Source: Candidatus Brocadiia bacterium
Lineage (GTDB): Bacteria; Planctomycetota; Brocadiia; CAIUPP01
Direction of reading: 5' to 3'
NCBI GenBank assembly: GCA_050015075.1
Contig: JBEKCB010000029.1
Coordinates: 1-64,000 of the forward strand
Length of the DNA stretch: 64,000 nucleotides
Shown here: in pieces, positions 20,126 to 30,600 of the stretch
How positions within the stretch are numbered: position 1 is the first letter of the stretch
How the letters are laid out: the number at the start of each line of letters is the position of its first letter
Translations under genes and position numbers: made by a program
Notes under the pieces: generated by a model
The model's database searches: none
What the model was told of the DNA's origin: nothing
What the model saw: only the letters and a program-made list of their open reading frames with translations

Positions 20126-20520
20126 GGATTCTTCTCGACACGAACGTGCTCATTGCGGCCTTCATTGCGCACGGCACATGCAGCGAGTTGCTCGAGCACT
20201 GCGCGGTCAATCATACGGTCATTGTTTCTCCATTCATCCTATCCGAATTCCGAAGGAACCTCGTTCGTAAGTTCGGCTTCACGGCTCGCGAGGCGGAAAG
20301 CGCCGCGCGGCTGCTGGAATCGCGGTTCGAGCAGATCACCCCTGTCGCGCCCCGGCTCCGCATCTGTCGCGATCCTGATGATGACCACATTATTTCCGCC
20401 GCAATTGCAGGTTCGTGCGATTGCATTGTGACCGGAGACAAAGACCTGTTGGTGCTGAAAAAGGTCAGAGGCATTTGCGTCATTACTCCTTCGCAATTCT
20501 GGGAGAATGAGAGGAAATGA
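20122..20520 (+). CDS. PIN-domain toxin (VapC-like)
   Basis: ILLDTNVLIAA, CRDPDDDHII, IVTGDKDLL. Confidence 0.9.
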   Translation: MRILLDTNVLIAAFIAHGTCSELLEHCAVNHTVIVSPFILSEFRRNLVRKFGFTAREAESAARLLESRFEQITPVAPRLRICRDPDDDHIISAAIAGSCDCIVTGDKDLLVLKKVRGICVITPSQFWENERK

Positions 20521-20632
20521 AATTCCGCGATGCGCCGCCCTTGTCCCGCTCGGCCATTTAAAGCATTTCTTTTCTTGGCGTCTTTGCGACTTTGCGTGAG
20601 ACTTTTTTGCGAAGATCATTAGGAAGGTCGCG

Positions 20633-23600
20633 ATGACCAGTTTCCCTTTCGCCGGAACTCCGGAGGACACAAATTCGGACATCCTCCACATCGCCGAGGC
20701 CGAGCGCGCGCGGCAGTGGCGGCGGCTGATTATGATTCCTTCCGAGAGCATCTGCCATCCGGCTGCGGCGGAGGTGCTTAACGGGGAACTCGGGCACATC
20801 TATGCTGAGGGGCTGGCGCAGCCGCCGCTTTGCCACGATCCGCGCGGCGCGGCGGGCGATGAGGCGCTCTTTCAGGCTTGGCAGACGCGGCTGGCGGACC
20901 GGCGCTATTACAAGGGCACCGTCAACGCGAACCGCGTGGAGCTGATCGCGCATCGCGCCATCGCGCGGGTCTTCGCGGCGCTGGACGGAAGCCCGGGCGC
21001 CGAGGAAATTCACGTGAACGTCCAGCCGCTCTCCGGCGCGGCGGCGAACCAGGCGGTGTACGAGGCGCTCCTGCAGCCGGGCGAGCGCGTGATGGGGCTC
21101 GACCTTTCGCACGGCGGCCACCTGACGCACGGCTCGGTCTTCAACTTCTCCGGGAAACGATACGAGGTGCACTCGTACGGGATCGAGGAGAGCACGCGGC
21201 GGCTGGACTACGGGCGAATCCGCGAGCGAGCGCGCGAGTCCAGGCCGCGCATCATCATCGGCGGCGCGTCGGCGTATCCGTGGGATTTCGACTGGGCGGC
21301 GCTGCGCGAGATCGCCGACGAGGTCGGCGCGTATCTCCTGGCCGACATCGCGCACCTGGCCGGTATGGTCGCCGCCGGCATCCTCAACAATCCGCTGCCG
21401 CACGCGCACGTGATCATGTTCACCACCCACAAGACGCTCTGCGGCCCGCGCGGCGCAGTGCTGATGACGGCGCTCCCGGAGATCGCGAAGCGCCTGGACA
21501 CCGCGGTTTTCCCGGGCCTGCAGGGCGGCCCGCACGTGAACAGCATCGCGGCGATCGGCCGGCTCTTCGAGCTGATCCTGGAGGACCGCGAGGGGTTCGT
21601 CGCTTTCCAGCGGAGCGTCGTGGAGAACACGAGTTACTTCGCGCGCTGCCTGGCGGAAGAGGGGTTCGCGCTCGAGTACGCCGGCACGAACACGCATATG
21701 ACGCTGGTGGATCTGAAGAGGTTTCCGGTGCACGGCGAGACGTTCCTCGACGGCGAGATCGCGTCGCGCCTGCTGGAGATCGCCGGGATCGTGTGCAACA
21801 AGAACGTGATCCCCGGCGACTGCGACGCCGCGCACGCCAGCGGCCTGCGGTTCGGGCTGCCGTGGCTGACGCAGCGCGGCGTTACGCGCGAGCAACTCCG
21901 CGAAATCGCGCGGCTCGTCAAGTTCACGCTCGAACGTGTGCGGACGTGCGCGATCTGGTCGCCGACGGGCGAAAAGAAATGCCGCGGGCGCGTGCCGCCG
22001 GGCGTGCTCAGGACAGCGGCGGAAAAGACGCTCGCCATCGCCGACGCGCTGCCGTATCCGCCTCAGCCGCCGCGCCGGGTGGAAAAAACGCCGGTGCGCT
22101 CGGCGGTCGGAAATCGCACGGCGCTCCTCCTGCGCGGCGACAAGGTCCGTCTGGCGCTCGACCAGATGCTGACGGCCCGCCTGCCTCTGGACGGATCTCC
22201 CGTGCGAGCAGAAATGCTCGACTCGGCCGGGCGCGAGCTGGCCGATGTCATTGCGCAGGAACTCGAACCGGCCGGGCGTCAGGAGCAGTGGCTGCTGCTG
22301 CCCGCGAAGGACCGCGCCGGCGCGGTGCGCCGCTGGATCGAGGACCTCTCGGACGGATACCTGATGTTCGACGAGGGCGATCTCCAGCAGAAGATTGACG
22401 GGCCGATTGCGGTGGAGGAATTCGACGTCTCGCAATTGCCGCATGAATTTCTGCTGCGCCTGCAGACGCACTCCGCCGGCTCGGCCGCCGACGCGACGAA
22501 GCCGTGGTTCGTCGGGCAGCGGAAGCTTTACGCGGCCCTGAAGCCGCCGCCGAAGGAGAAGTATCAGTATGTCCCCGCGGAACCGCCGCTGCGGAAGACG
22601 GTCCTGAACGCGATCCATCATCAGTTGTCGGCGAAGATGGCGGCGTTCGCCGGATGGGAGATGCCGATCCAGTACCCGGCCGGAATCCTCGCCGAGCATC
22701 GCGCGGTGCGGACGGCGGCGGGGCTGTTCGACGTGTCGCACATGAGCGCGTTCGAGGTCGGCGGGCCGCACGCGCTGGGATTCCTGGAGCTGCTGCTGGC
22801 GAACCGCGCGTCGCGGCTCGCGCCGGGCGAAGCGCAGTATTCGTCGGCGCTTTACCCGGATGGGACGCACATAGACGACCTCTACGTGTATCGCCTCGAC
22901 CGCGAGCGCTTCATGCTGGTGCTGAATGCTGCGAACGCGGAACGCGTGATGGACTGGGCTGCGGCGGTCAACTCGCGGCGCTTCGCCATTGACGAGGAGA
23001 TGCCGGCGAAGGAGATTGATGCGCCCGTCCGGCTGCGCGACCTGCGGAACGCCGGCGACGAGAGCCTGATCGGCCTGGCGTTCCAGGGGCCGGCGTCATC
23101 AGCGGTGCTTCGGAAGCTGGCCGACAAGCCGTCCGAGCGAGTGCTCCTGGACCGGCTGATCCAGAACGAGTTCGCGACCGTAAGGCTGGCCGGGCTCAAG
23201 GCACTGGTCGCGCGGACCGGATACACCGGCGAGAAGACGGGGTTCGAGATCTACCTCCATCCGACGGATGCGGAGAAATTCTGGAACGCGGTCTTGACGG
23301 CGGGACGGCCGCTGGGCGTTCTGCCCGCCGGATTGGGCGCGCGGGACTCGACGCGCGTCGAGGCGGGCTTTCCGCTCTTCGGGCATGACCTCGAAGGCGA
23401 ACTCGGAATTTCCATGACGGAGGCCGGATACGGTTTCGTGGCGCGGTTCCACCAGCCGTTCTTCATCGGGCGGGCGCCCTACATGGAGCGCGCGCGGCGC
23501 TCGCGGCGGCACATCCTGCGCCTCCGCGGGCAGGGGCGCAAGACGCTGCGCGCCGGTCATGCGATCCTCGATGAGTCCGGCAGGGCGGTCGGGCGCGTCA

Positions 23601-23845
23601 CGAGCTTCGCTTACGCGCACGAGGACATGACCTTCATCGTCCTCGCCTGCGTGGAGGAACCATTCCAGCCGGCGCCCGGCAGCCTGGTGCGCGGCGCGCG
23701 GGCCGCGGTGGGAGAATCGTCGAGCCCGCCGGACGAGCGCAGCCTGGTCGAGCTGAGGGCGCTGACCCGCTTCCCGGACGACGAGGAGCGGAGCGCGTGG
23801 CCGGCCCGGTACGCGAAGCCGGCGTCGAAACCGGTAGCGAAATGA
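20633..23845 (+). CDS. Serine hydroxymethyltransferase - glycine cleavage T protein fusion (GlyA-GcvT)
   Basis: N-terminal SHMT (NVQPLSGA, LSHGGHLTHG, FTTHKTLCGPRG, FPGLQGGP); C-terminal GcvT (FAGWEMPIQY, GLFDVSHM, RTGYTGE, GLGARDS). Confidence 0.93.
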   Translation: MTSFPFAGTPEDTNSDILHIAEAERARQWRRLIMIPSESICHPAAAEVLNGELGHIYAEGLAQPPLCHDPRGAAGDEALFQAWQTRLADRRYYKGTVNANRVELIAHRAIARVFAALDGSPGAEEIHVNVQPLSGAAANQAVYEALLQPGERVMGLDLSHGGHLTHGSVFNFSGKRYEVHSYGIEESTRRLDYGRIRERARESRPRIIIGGASAYPWDFDWAALREIADEVGAYLLADIAHLAGMVAAGILNNPLPHAHVIMFTTHKTLCGPRGAVLMTALPEIAKRLDTAVFPGLQGGPHVNSIAAIGRLFELILEDREGFVAFQRSVVENTSYFARCLAEEGFALEYAGTNTHMTLVDLKRFPVHGETFLDGEIASRLLEIAGIVCNKNVIPGDCDAAHASGLRFGLPWLTQRGVTREQLREIARLVKFTLERVRTCAIWSPTGEKKCRGRVPPGVLRTAAEKTLAIADALPYPPQPPRRVEKTPVRSAVGNRTALLLRGDKVRLALDQMLTARLPLDGSPVRAEMLDSAGRELADVIAQELEPAGRQEQWLLLPAKDRAGAVRRWIEDLSDGYLMFDEGDLQQKIDGPIAVEEFDVSQLPHEFLLRLQTHSAGSAADATKPWFVGQRKLYAALKPPPKEKYQYVPAEPPLRKTVLNAIHHQLSAKMAAFAGWEMPIQYPAGILAEHRAVRTAAGLFDVSHMSAFEVGGPHALGFLELLLANRASRLAPGEAQYSSALYPDGTHIDDLYVYRLDRERFMLVLNAANAERVMDWAAAVNSRRFAIDEEMPAKEIDAPVRLRDLRNAGDESLIGLAFQGPASSAVLRKLADKPSERVLLDRLIQNEFATVRLAGLKALVARTGYTGEKTGFEIYLHPTDAEKFWNAVLTAGRPLGVLPAGLGARDSTRVEAGFPLFGHDLEGELGISMTEAGYGFVARFHQPFFIGRAPYMERARRSRRHILRLRGQGRKTLRAGHAILDESGRAVGRVTSFAYAHEDMTFIVLACVEEPFQPAPGSLVRGARAAVGESSSPPDERSLVELRALTRFPDDEERSAWPARYAKPASKPVAK

Positions 23846-23932
23846 ACCGGAACGTGGTACGATTCGGATGAAAAGAGGCCGGGGCCTCTTGGGCGTCAAC
23901 GGGTGGCAAAATTCAGGGGAAAGGAGCTTCGC

Positions 23933-24469
23933 ATGGCTGACTTGAAGGGCACGAAGACGGAGAAAAATCTGCGCGACGCGTTCGCCGGCGAGTCGCAGGC
24001 CAGGAACAAATACACCTACTTCGCCTCCATGGCCAAGAAGGAAGGTTACGAGCAGGTCGCGGCGGTCTTCCTGGAGACGGCGGACAACGAAAAGGAGCAC
24101 GCGAAGCTGCACTTGCAGGCGCTCCACGGCATCGGCGACACGATCGCGAACCTGAAAGCCGCGGCGTCCGGCGAGGGCGAAGAGACGAAATCCATGTATC
24201 CGCGCATGGCCAAGGAAGCCCGCGACGAAGGGTTCGAGGAGATCGCCAAGGTCTTCGAGGGCATCGGCGCGATCGAGAAGGCGCACCAGCAGCGGTACGA
24301 GTTCCTCCTGAAGTCCATTCAGGACGGCGCCGTCTTCAAAAAGGGCAAGGCCGTGGCGTGGCGCTGCCGGAACTGCGGCCACATCCACATCGGCCTTGAG
24401 GCGCCCGAGCGCTGCCCGGTCTGCAAACATCCGCGAGCGTACTTCGAGGTGATGGCCGACCTCCGCTAA
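23933..24469 (+). CDS. rbr: Rubrerythrin
   Basis: AFAGESQARNKY, EKEHA, WRCRNCG...CPVCKHP. Confidence 0.95.
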   Translation: MADLKGTKTEKNLRDAFAGESQARNKYTYFASMAKKEGYEQVAAVFLETADNEKEHAKLHLQALHGIGDTIANLKAAASGEGEETKSMYPRMAKEARDEGFEEIAKVFEGIGAIEKAHQQRYEFLLKSIQDGAVFKKGKAVAWRCRNCGHIHIGLEAPERCPVCKHPRAYFEVMADLR

Positions 24470-24490
24470 TGAGCGCGGGACAAGTAAAGC

Positions 24491-24582
24491 TCACCACGAA
24501 GAGCACGAAGGCCGCGAAGGACGGATTGGAAGACATTAATTCCCTTCGCCGCGCTTCGTGCTCTTCGTGTGCTTCGTGGTGA
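24491..24582. repeat. Hairpin element with 9-nt-period arms
   Basis: TCACCACGAAGAGCACGAAGGCCGCGAAGG ... CTTCGTGCTCTTCGTGTGCTTCGTGGTGA. Confidence 0.75.
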
Positions 24583-24607
24583 AACCTATTGTGACAGCGG
24601 AGCGATT

Positions 24608-26143
24608 ATGCTTGGCACGGTGAAGAGCGCCGGGCTCTACGGCATCGAGGCATATCCGGTCGAGGTCGAAGTCAACATCAGCAAGAGCGACTTCGGACAC
24701 GTCGCTCTGGTCGGCCTGCCGGACGCGGCGGTGAAGGAGAGCCTCGAGCGCGTCCGCGCCGCCATCATGAACAGCGGCTATCATTACCGCGTTTTCCGCC
24801 TCACCATCAACCTCGCGCCCGCCGACCTGCGAAAGGAAGGCCCGTCGTTCGACCTGCCGATCGCGGTCGGGATTCTGCTGGCCTCGGACCAGATCGTCTC
24901 GAAAAAGCTCGACCGCTACGCGATCACCGGCGAACTCGCGCTCGACGGCCGGCTGAGGCCGGTCAAGGGGTGCCTCTCTATGGCGCTGCGGTGCCGCGAG
25001 GCGAAGCTCGACGGCATCATCATCCCCGAGGAAAACGCCGAAGAGACCGGCGTGGTCGAAGGGATCGAGGTCATCCCGCTCAAGTCGCTGGACCAGGTCG
25101 TCGGGTTCCTCACCGACGAAGTGGTCATGGAATCGTACCGCGTGGACATCGAGGAAGCGCTTCAGAGGAACTCGCGGTACGACGTGGACTTCAGCGAAGT
25201 GAAGGGGCAGGAGCACGTCAAGCGCGCGCTGACCGTCGCGGCGGCCGGCGGGCACAACGTCCTGATGATCGGCCCGCCCGGCGCCGGGAAGTCCATGCTC
25301 GCGCAGCGGTTCCCGACGATCCTTCCGCCGATGACGCTCGAGGAGGCGCTCGAGACGACGAAGGTGTACTCGGCCGACGGCCGCCTGGTCACGCGGCAAT
25401 CGCTCGTCGCCGTCCGGCCGTTCCGCGCGCCGCATCACACCGTCAGCGACATCGGCCTCATCGGCGGCGGCACGTACCCGAAGCCCGGCGACGTGAGCCT
25501 GGCGCACCACGGCGTGCTCTTCCTCGACGAACTGCCGCAGTTCGAGCGGAAAACGCTCGAGGTGCTGCGCCAGCCGATGGAGGACGGGCGCGTCACCATC
25601 TCGCGCGCGAAGATGTCGGTGACGTACCCGGCGCAGTTCACCCTCGTCTGCGCGTTGAACCCGTGTCCGTGCGGCTACCTGACCGACCCGCGCAAGGAGT
25701 GCCACTGCACGCCGCGGCAGATTCAGCAGTACATGTCGCGAATCAGCGGGCCGCTGCTGGACCGGATTGACATCCAGGTGGAAGTGCCGGCGGTGAATTA
25801 TCGCGACCTGCGCAGCCCTGCGGAGGGCGAGCCGTCGTCAGCCATCCGCGAACGAGTCATCCGCGCGCGGGATATGCAATTGAAACGTCTCAAGGACGCC
25901 GGAATCTTCTGTAACGCGCGGATGAGCGCGCGGCTGATCAAGAAGTTCTGCAAAGTGGACGGCGCCGCCGAAACGGCGCTGGCGGCGGCGATGAACCAGT
26001 TCTCGCTCTCCGCTCGCGCGTACAACAAGATCCTCAAGCTCTCCCGCACGATTGCGGACCTCGACGGCGCGGAGGAGATACGCACGGAACATGTCACGGA
26101 AGCGATACAGTACCGGAGTCTGGATCGGAATCTTTGGGCGTAA
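24608..26143 (+). CDS. comM: YifB/ComM family Mg-chelatase-like AAA+ ATPase
   Basis: VGLPDAAVKES, NLAPADLRKEG, Walker A GPPGAGKS, LFLDELP, NPCPCG, SGPLLDRID. Confidence 0.95.
   Translation: MLGTVKSAGLYGIEAYPVEVEVNISKSDFGHVALVGLPDAAVKESLERVRAAIMNSGYHYRVFRLTINLAPADLRKEGPSFDLPIAVGILLASDQIVSKKLDRYAITGELALDGRLRPVKGCLSMALRCREAKLDGIIIPEENAEETGVVEGIEVIPLKSLDQVVGFLTDEVVMESYRVDIEEALQRNSRYDVDFSEVKGQEHVKRALTVAAAGGHNVLMIGPPGAGKSMLAQRFPTILPPMTLEEALETTKVYSADGRLVTRQSLVAVRPFRAPHHTVSDIGLIGGGTYPKPGDVSLAHHGVLFLDELPQFERKTLEVLRQPMEDGRVTISRAKMSVTYPAQFTLVCALNPCPCGYLTDPRKECHCTPRQIQQYMSRISGPLLDRIDIQVEVPAVNYRDLRSPAEGEPSSAIRERVIRARDMQLKRLKDAGIFCNARMSARLIKKFCKVDGAAETALAAAMNQFSLSARAYNKILKLSRTIADLDGAEEIRTEHVTEAIQYRSLDRNLWA
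25664..25717 (+). repeat. 54-bp direct repeat, copy inside comM (putative att site)
   Basis: 51/54 identical to 32469-32522. Confidence 0.85.
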
Positions 26144-26144
26144 T

Positions 26145-27224
26145 ATGGAAGCTAATCTTTTGGCTTCGGCGTTTTTCCATGCGGTCCGATCGGTCGCAGG
26201 AAGAGGTGCAAAGATTCGAAGCAGGCAGTTCCTGAGCGTATGCGCGCTTTTCGTTTTGGGTCTGTCAGGGTGTGGATACCTCAAGAACCGCGTGAGCGAC
26301 GCGTGTGACATCGTTTACTGCTCAGGCGGCTGGGGGCCTGGATTATCCGCCGAGGTATTTCTGAGCCATGTTGACTTCGGCGTCGGTTATGACCATGCGA
26401 CGATCGTGGGCTGGGAAGGCAGGTCGTGGCTTTATCGGGAAGAGCGATTTGCAGGCCTCTGCCCTTTCTCTACCATGATGCAACGAGATCTTCTGGACGT
26501 ATCGTGGATTCGACCCATGTCCGAAGACTGGAAAGATTGGATTGCTCCCGCAACACTTCCTGATAGGCAAGTTCCGTACATCAATCGTCGTTTCGTCGCG
26601 TTTGGACCTTTGCCGTTTGACCATCTCGGGCCGGAACCTGTTAAGTGCGAATTCGCCCCACGTGTCTTTCCAGCGGGATCGGATTGGGTCAATTGGGGTG
26701 TCGGCGCAGGAGTTGGGATCGTCATAGTGAATGCGCGAAGCGGCGCGCGGCCGACCAAGATTCTGGACTTTGTTTTCGGGTTTGCAGGCTTTCACGTTTT
26801 CCCGCCCTATAGGCCGTTCACGAACACACTCGATGCTTCTGACCTGCAAGCGCGCGGCGTACGGCCATCTCCAATTAGCGGCGACTCGGCGGCATTCTGG
26901 ATGAACCGCTTAAAGACGCCTGGCGTAAGCGAGGAGGAGAAAATCTACTGCGTGAAAGAACTGGGTCTGATGGGCGCTGAGGCCGCTCGGTTTCTACAGG
27001 ACCTAAGGGCACTTCTTCAGAAACCACACTTTCCCAATCAAGGGGAGAGATTGCGGATTCACATCGCAGTAGTTGTCGACAGAATCGCCCCGAATGACAC
27101 GGAGAGCATCGAGTTTCTTAAGACATTGCTGGATGATCCACGTGAAGGGGCCTTTGCCCGCGAAGCTCTCGCTGCGCTGCGCGGGTCAGGCGATTCGGTC
27201 GATACGCGGCCCGGCGACAGATAG
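26145..27224 (+). CDS. Putative lipoprotein with HEAT-like helical C-terminus
   Basis: Lipobox LSGC after a hydrophobic stretch; lower GC than core genes. Confidence 0.6.
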   Translation: MEANLLASAFFHAVRSVAGRGAKIRSRQFLSVCALFVLGLSGCGYLKNRVSDACDIVYCSGGWGPGLSAEVFLSHVDFGVGYDHATIVGWEGRSWLYREERFAGLCPFSTMMQRDLLDVSWIRPMSEDWKDWIAPATLPDRQVPYINRRFVAFGPLPFDHLGPEPVKCEFAPRVFPAGSDWVNWGVGAGVGIVIVNARSGARPTKILDFVFGFAGFHVFPPYRPFTNTLDASDLQARGVRPSPISGDSAAFWMNRLKTPGVSEEEKIYCVKELGLMGAEAARFLQDLRALLQKPHFPNQGERLRIHIAVVVDRIAPNDTESIEFLKTLLDDPREGAFAREALAALRGSGDSVDTRPGDR

Positions 27225-27666
27225 ATCGATTTTAGGATCGACGGGAGTTTCGCGACGTTCAACGTGTGCACAGAATGCAGCGTCTTCCACGACCGCAGTT
27301 TGTTTGACTTTTGTCTGCAGGGCTGATCGTGTCGTACCAAACGTATACTGGCCGTCGGGCCGGTAAGGATGGGGTGACGGCCACAGAACTACCGGGTCGC
27401 CGAGAGAGATCGGGTTTTATGAGTAAGCCTTATTGCGGTTGTCAGGGCCCCGTGGTAGAGTCGTATGAGCGGGGGCCATGATGGCGACAGTTCAAGGCGG
27501 GGGCTGCAGTGAGCAAGAGGCACGTTGGCATTCTGACGACCCTCCTCGCGCGCCACAACTGTTTTCTGCAACCGGGCCAGGGAAAAAGCGATGTGCGCCA
27601 ATCCAGGACTTCGTCGTCGCAAGAACGGGCCATGTCTCGCTCTTGCCGGGGAAAGGGGGAAGCTTT

Positions 27667-30600
27667 ATGCATCTTTCCAGCCGCACATGGAGCGTGTGGT
27701 CCGTAATCGCGGTTCTCATCGCCGTATCAATCGCAATGACGGCGGCCAGGACGGCCGCGGCGGCGTCCTTCCTGCTGACCGTCGAGTCCACGCCGCCGAC
27801 CGAGCTGAGCATCGGTTCGACCACGGGTGACGCGGGGTTGACGATCTACACGGTTCCGGGCATCGGGGCCGGCGCCAGCGTGAACCTTCAGGCGCCCGCG
27901 ACGGATCCGAGCGGTTACACCTTCGTGCAATGGACGCTGAACGCTACGGCTCAGACGGCGGGGCAGAAGGCGATCACGTTCGCGATGACCGCGGACACAT
28001 TGGCGGTGGCGCAGTACACGCCGATCTACCTCACTGTGCAGTCCACGCCCCCGACCGGAGTGGTCATCGGTTCGAGCACGGGCAACAACGGCACGACGAA
28101 CTATACGAGCACCGTGGCCTACGGCGGCAGCGTGAACCTTCAGGCCCCGGCGACGGACCCGACCGGGTACACCTTCTGGCAATGGACGGTGAACGGCTTG
28201 TCGCAGGGCGCCGGCCAGAAGACGGTCGTGATCCCCGGGTTCGGCACCTGGGGCAGCGCGGGCAACCTCAATGGGCAATTCGAGTTCCCCGAAGGTATCG
28301 CCGTAGACCGCAGCGGCAATGTCTATGTGTCCGACACGGACAACGACCGCATTCAGGAATTCACCTCCGAAGGCGTTTACATCACTCAGTGGGGCCGCCT
28401 GGGCAGCGGCAAGGGGCAGCTCAGTGGGCCCGAGGGGATCGCCACCGACAGCGACGGCAATGTCTACGTGGCCGACATGTACAACAATCGCATCCAGAAG
28501 TTCACCTCCGCCGGCGTTTACATCACCCAGTGGGGCCGCTTCGGAACCGGCAATGGGCAGTTCGAATCGCCGTTCGGCATAGCGCTCGACGGTGCCGACA
28601 ATGTCTATGTGGTCGACTCGGGCAACAGCCGCATCCAGATGTTCACCTCCGCCGGCGCTTACGTCACCCAGTGGGGCAGCAGGGGCACCGGCGGCGGGTT
28701 TTTCCAGATTCCCAAGGGCATCGCGATTGACAGGGTCAGAAATCTCGTCTATGTGGCCGACACGTTCAACTACCTCATCCAGGAGTTCACCTCCACCGGT
28801 GGTTTCATCACGCAGTGGGGCAGCCAGGGCGCCGGCACCGGGCAGTTCGATGAGCCCTATGGCGTCGCGGTCGACGGCGACGGCAACGTCTATGTGGCCG
28901 ATACCATTAACTCCCGTGTCCAGGAGTTCACCTCCGCCGGTGTTTACGTCACGCAGTGGGGGAGTTATGGCAGCGGTAATGGGCAGTTCGAACTTCCCGA
29001 CGGCATCGCGCTCGACAGTGCCGGCAATATCTATGTGGCCGACACGAACAACATGCGCATTCAGGTCATCGGCCAGGTCATCAGCCAAAACATCCTGGCC
29101 GTGGCGCAGTACACGGCGAACAACGGCACGCTGGTCGTGGAGTCCACGCCGCCGACCGGGCTGAGCGTCGGTTCGAGCACGGGGGATGGCGGGACGACGA
29201 ACTATACCGTGCCCGGCATAACGGCCGGGAAGAGCGTGAACCTGCAAGCCCCGGCGGCGGATCCGGGCGGATACACCTTCGCGCAATGGACCGTGAACGG
29301 AACGGCTCAGCCTGCCGGACAGAAATCCATCACGTTCACGATGAAGGCGTCCAGGACGGCGGTGGCGCAGTACACGCTGAACACCTACGCGCTGGCCGTG
29401 CAATCCACGCCGCCGACCGGCCTCGTTATCGGTTCGACCACGGGCAACGACGGCGCGACGAACTACTCGAATACCGTTCCATACGGCGCATCCGTGAACC
29501 TCCAGGCGCCGGCCACAGACCCGGCCGGATTCACGTTCTCGCAGTGGACGGTGAACGGGGCCGTGCAGACCGACGGCCAGAAGTCCATCACGCTCACGAT
29601 GGATGCAGCGGTGACGGCGGTGGCGCACTACACGGCGAACGTCGGCTACACGCTCTCCGTGCAGTCTACGCCGCCGACCGGCCTGAGTGTCGGTTCGAGC
29701 ACGGGCCAGAGCGGCACGACGAACTATAAGAACAAGGGCCTCGCGTACGGGGCCAGCGTGAATCTCCAGGCGCCGGCCACAGACCCGGCCGGATTCACCT
29801 TCTCGCAATGGATGGTGAACGGCGCGGCGCAGCCCCCCGGGCAAAAGTCCGTCACATTTACGATGGATGCGGCCGTGACGGCGGTGGCCCAGTACACGGC
29901 GAACGCCGGCTACACGCTCTCCGTGCAGTCCGCGCCGCCGCACAAGCAGGTCATCGGCTCGAGCACGGGCCACGGCGGCACGACGAACTACATGGTGCCC
30001 GGCGTTGCGTCCGGGACGAGCGTGAATCTGCAGGCTCCGGCGACCGACCCGGCCGGGTACACTTTCCAGCAATGGGCGGTAAATGGTGCGGCGCAGACCG
30101 CCGGGCAGAAGTCCATCACGTTTACGGTGGATGGAGCCGTGACGGCGGTTGCGCAGTATACGCCGAACATCGGTTACGTGCTGACTGTGCAATCCACGCC
30201 GCCGACCGGGCTGGTCGTCAGCTCGAGCACGGGTCAGACCGGCACGACGAACTACACGAAGGCCGGCGTGGGCAATGGGGCAAGCGTGAATCTCCAGGCG
30301 CCGGCGGCGGACCCGACGGGCTTTATCTTCCTGCAGTGGACGGTCAACGGCGCGGCGCAAAATCCCGGACAGAAGTCCGTCACGTTCACGATGGATGGAG
30401 CGGTGATCGCCGTGGCCGAGTACGCGGCGGACGTCGGCTACACGCTCTCCGTGGAGTCCACGCCGCCGACCGGGCTGGTCATCGCCTCGGGCACGGGCCA
30501 GAACGGCAGGACGAACTACACGAAGGCCGGCGTCGGCAACGGAGCGAGCGTGAATCTCGGGGCTCCGACGGTGGATCCGGCCGGATACACCTTCTCACAA

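Noticed and set aside
27230-27660. Riboswitch (c-di-GMP or cobalamin) upstream of the giant surface protein
   Set aside because: Only a fragmentary GCCCCCGC..ACTGT resemblance, on the wrong strand; the other conserved elements are absent.
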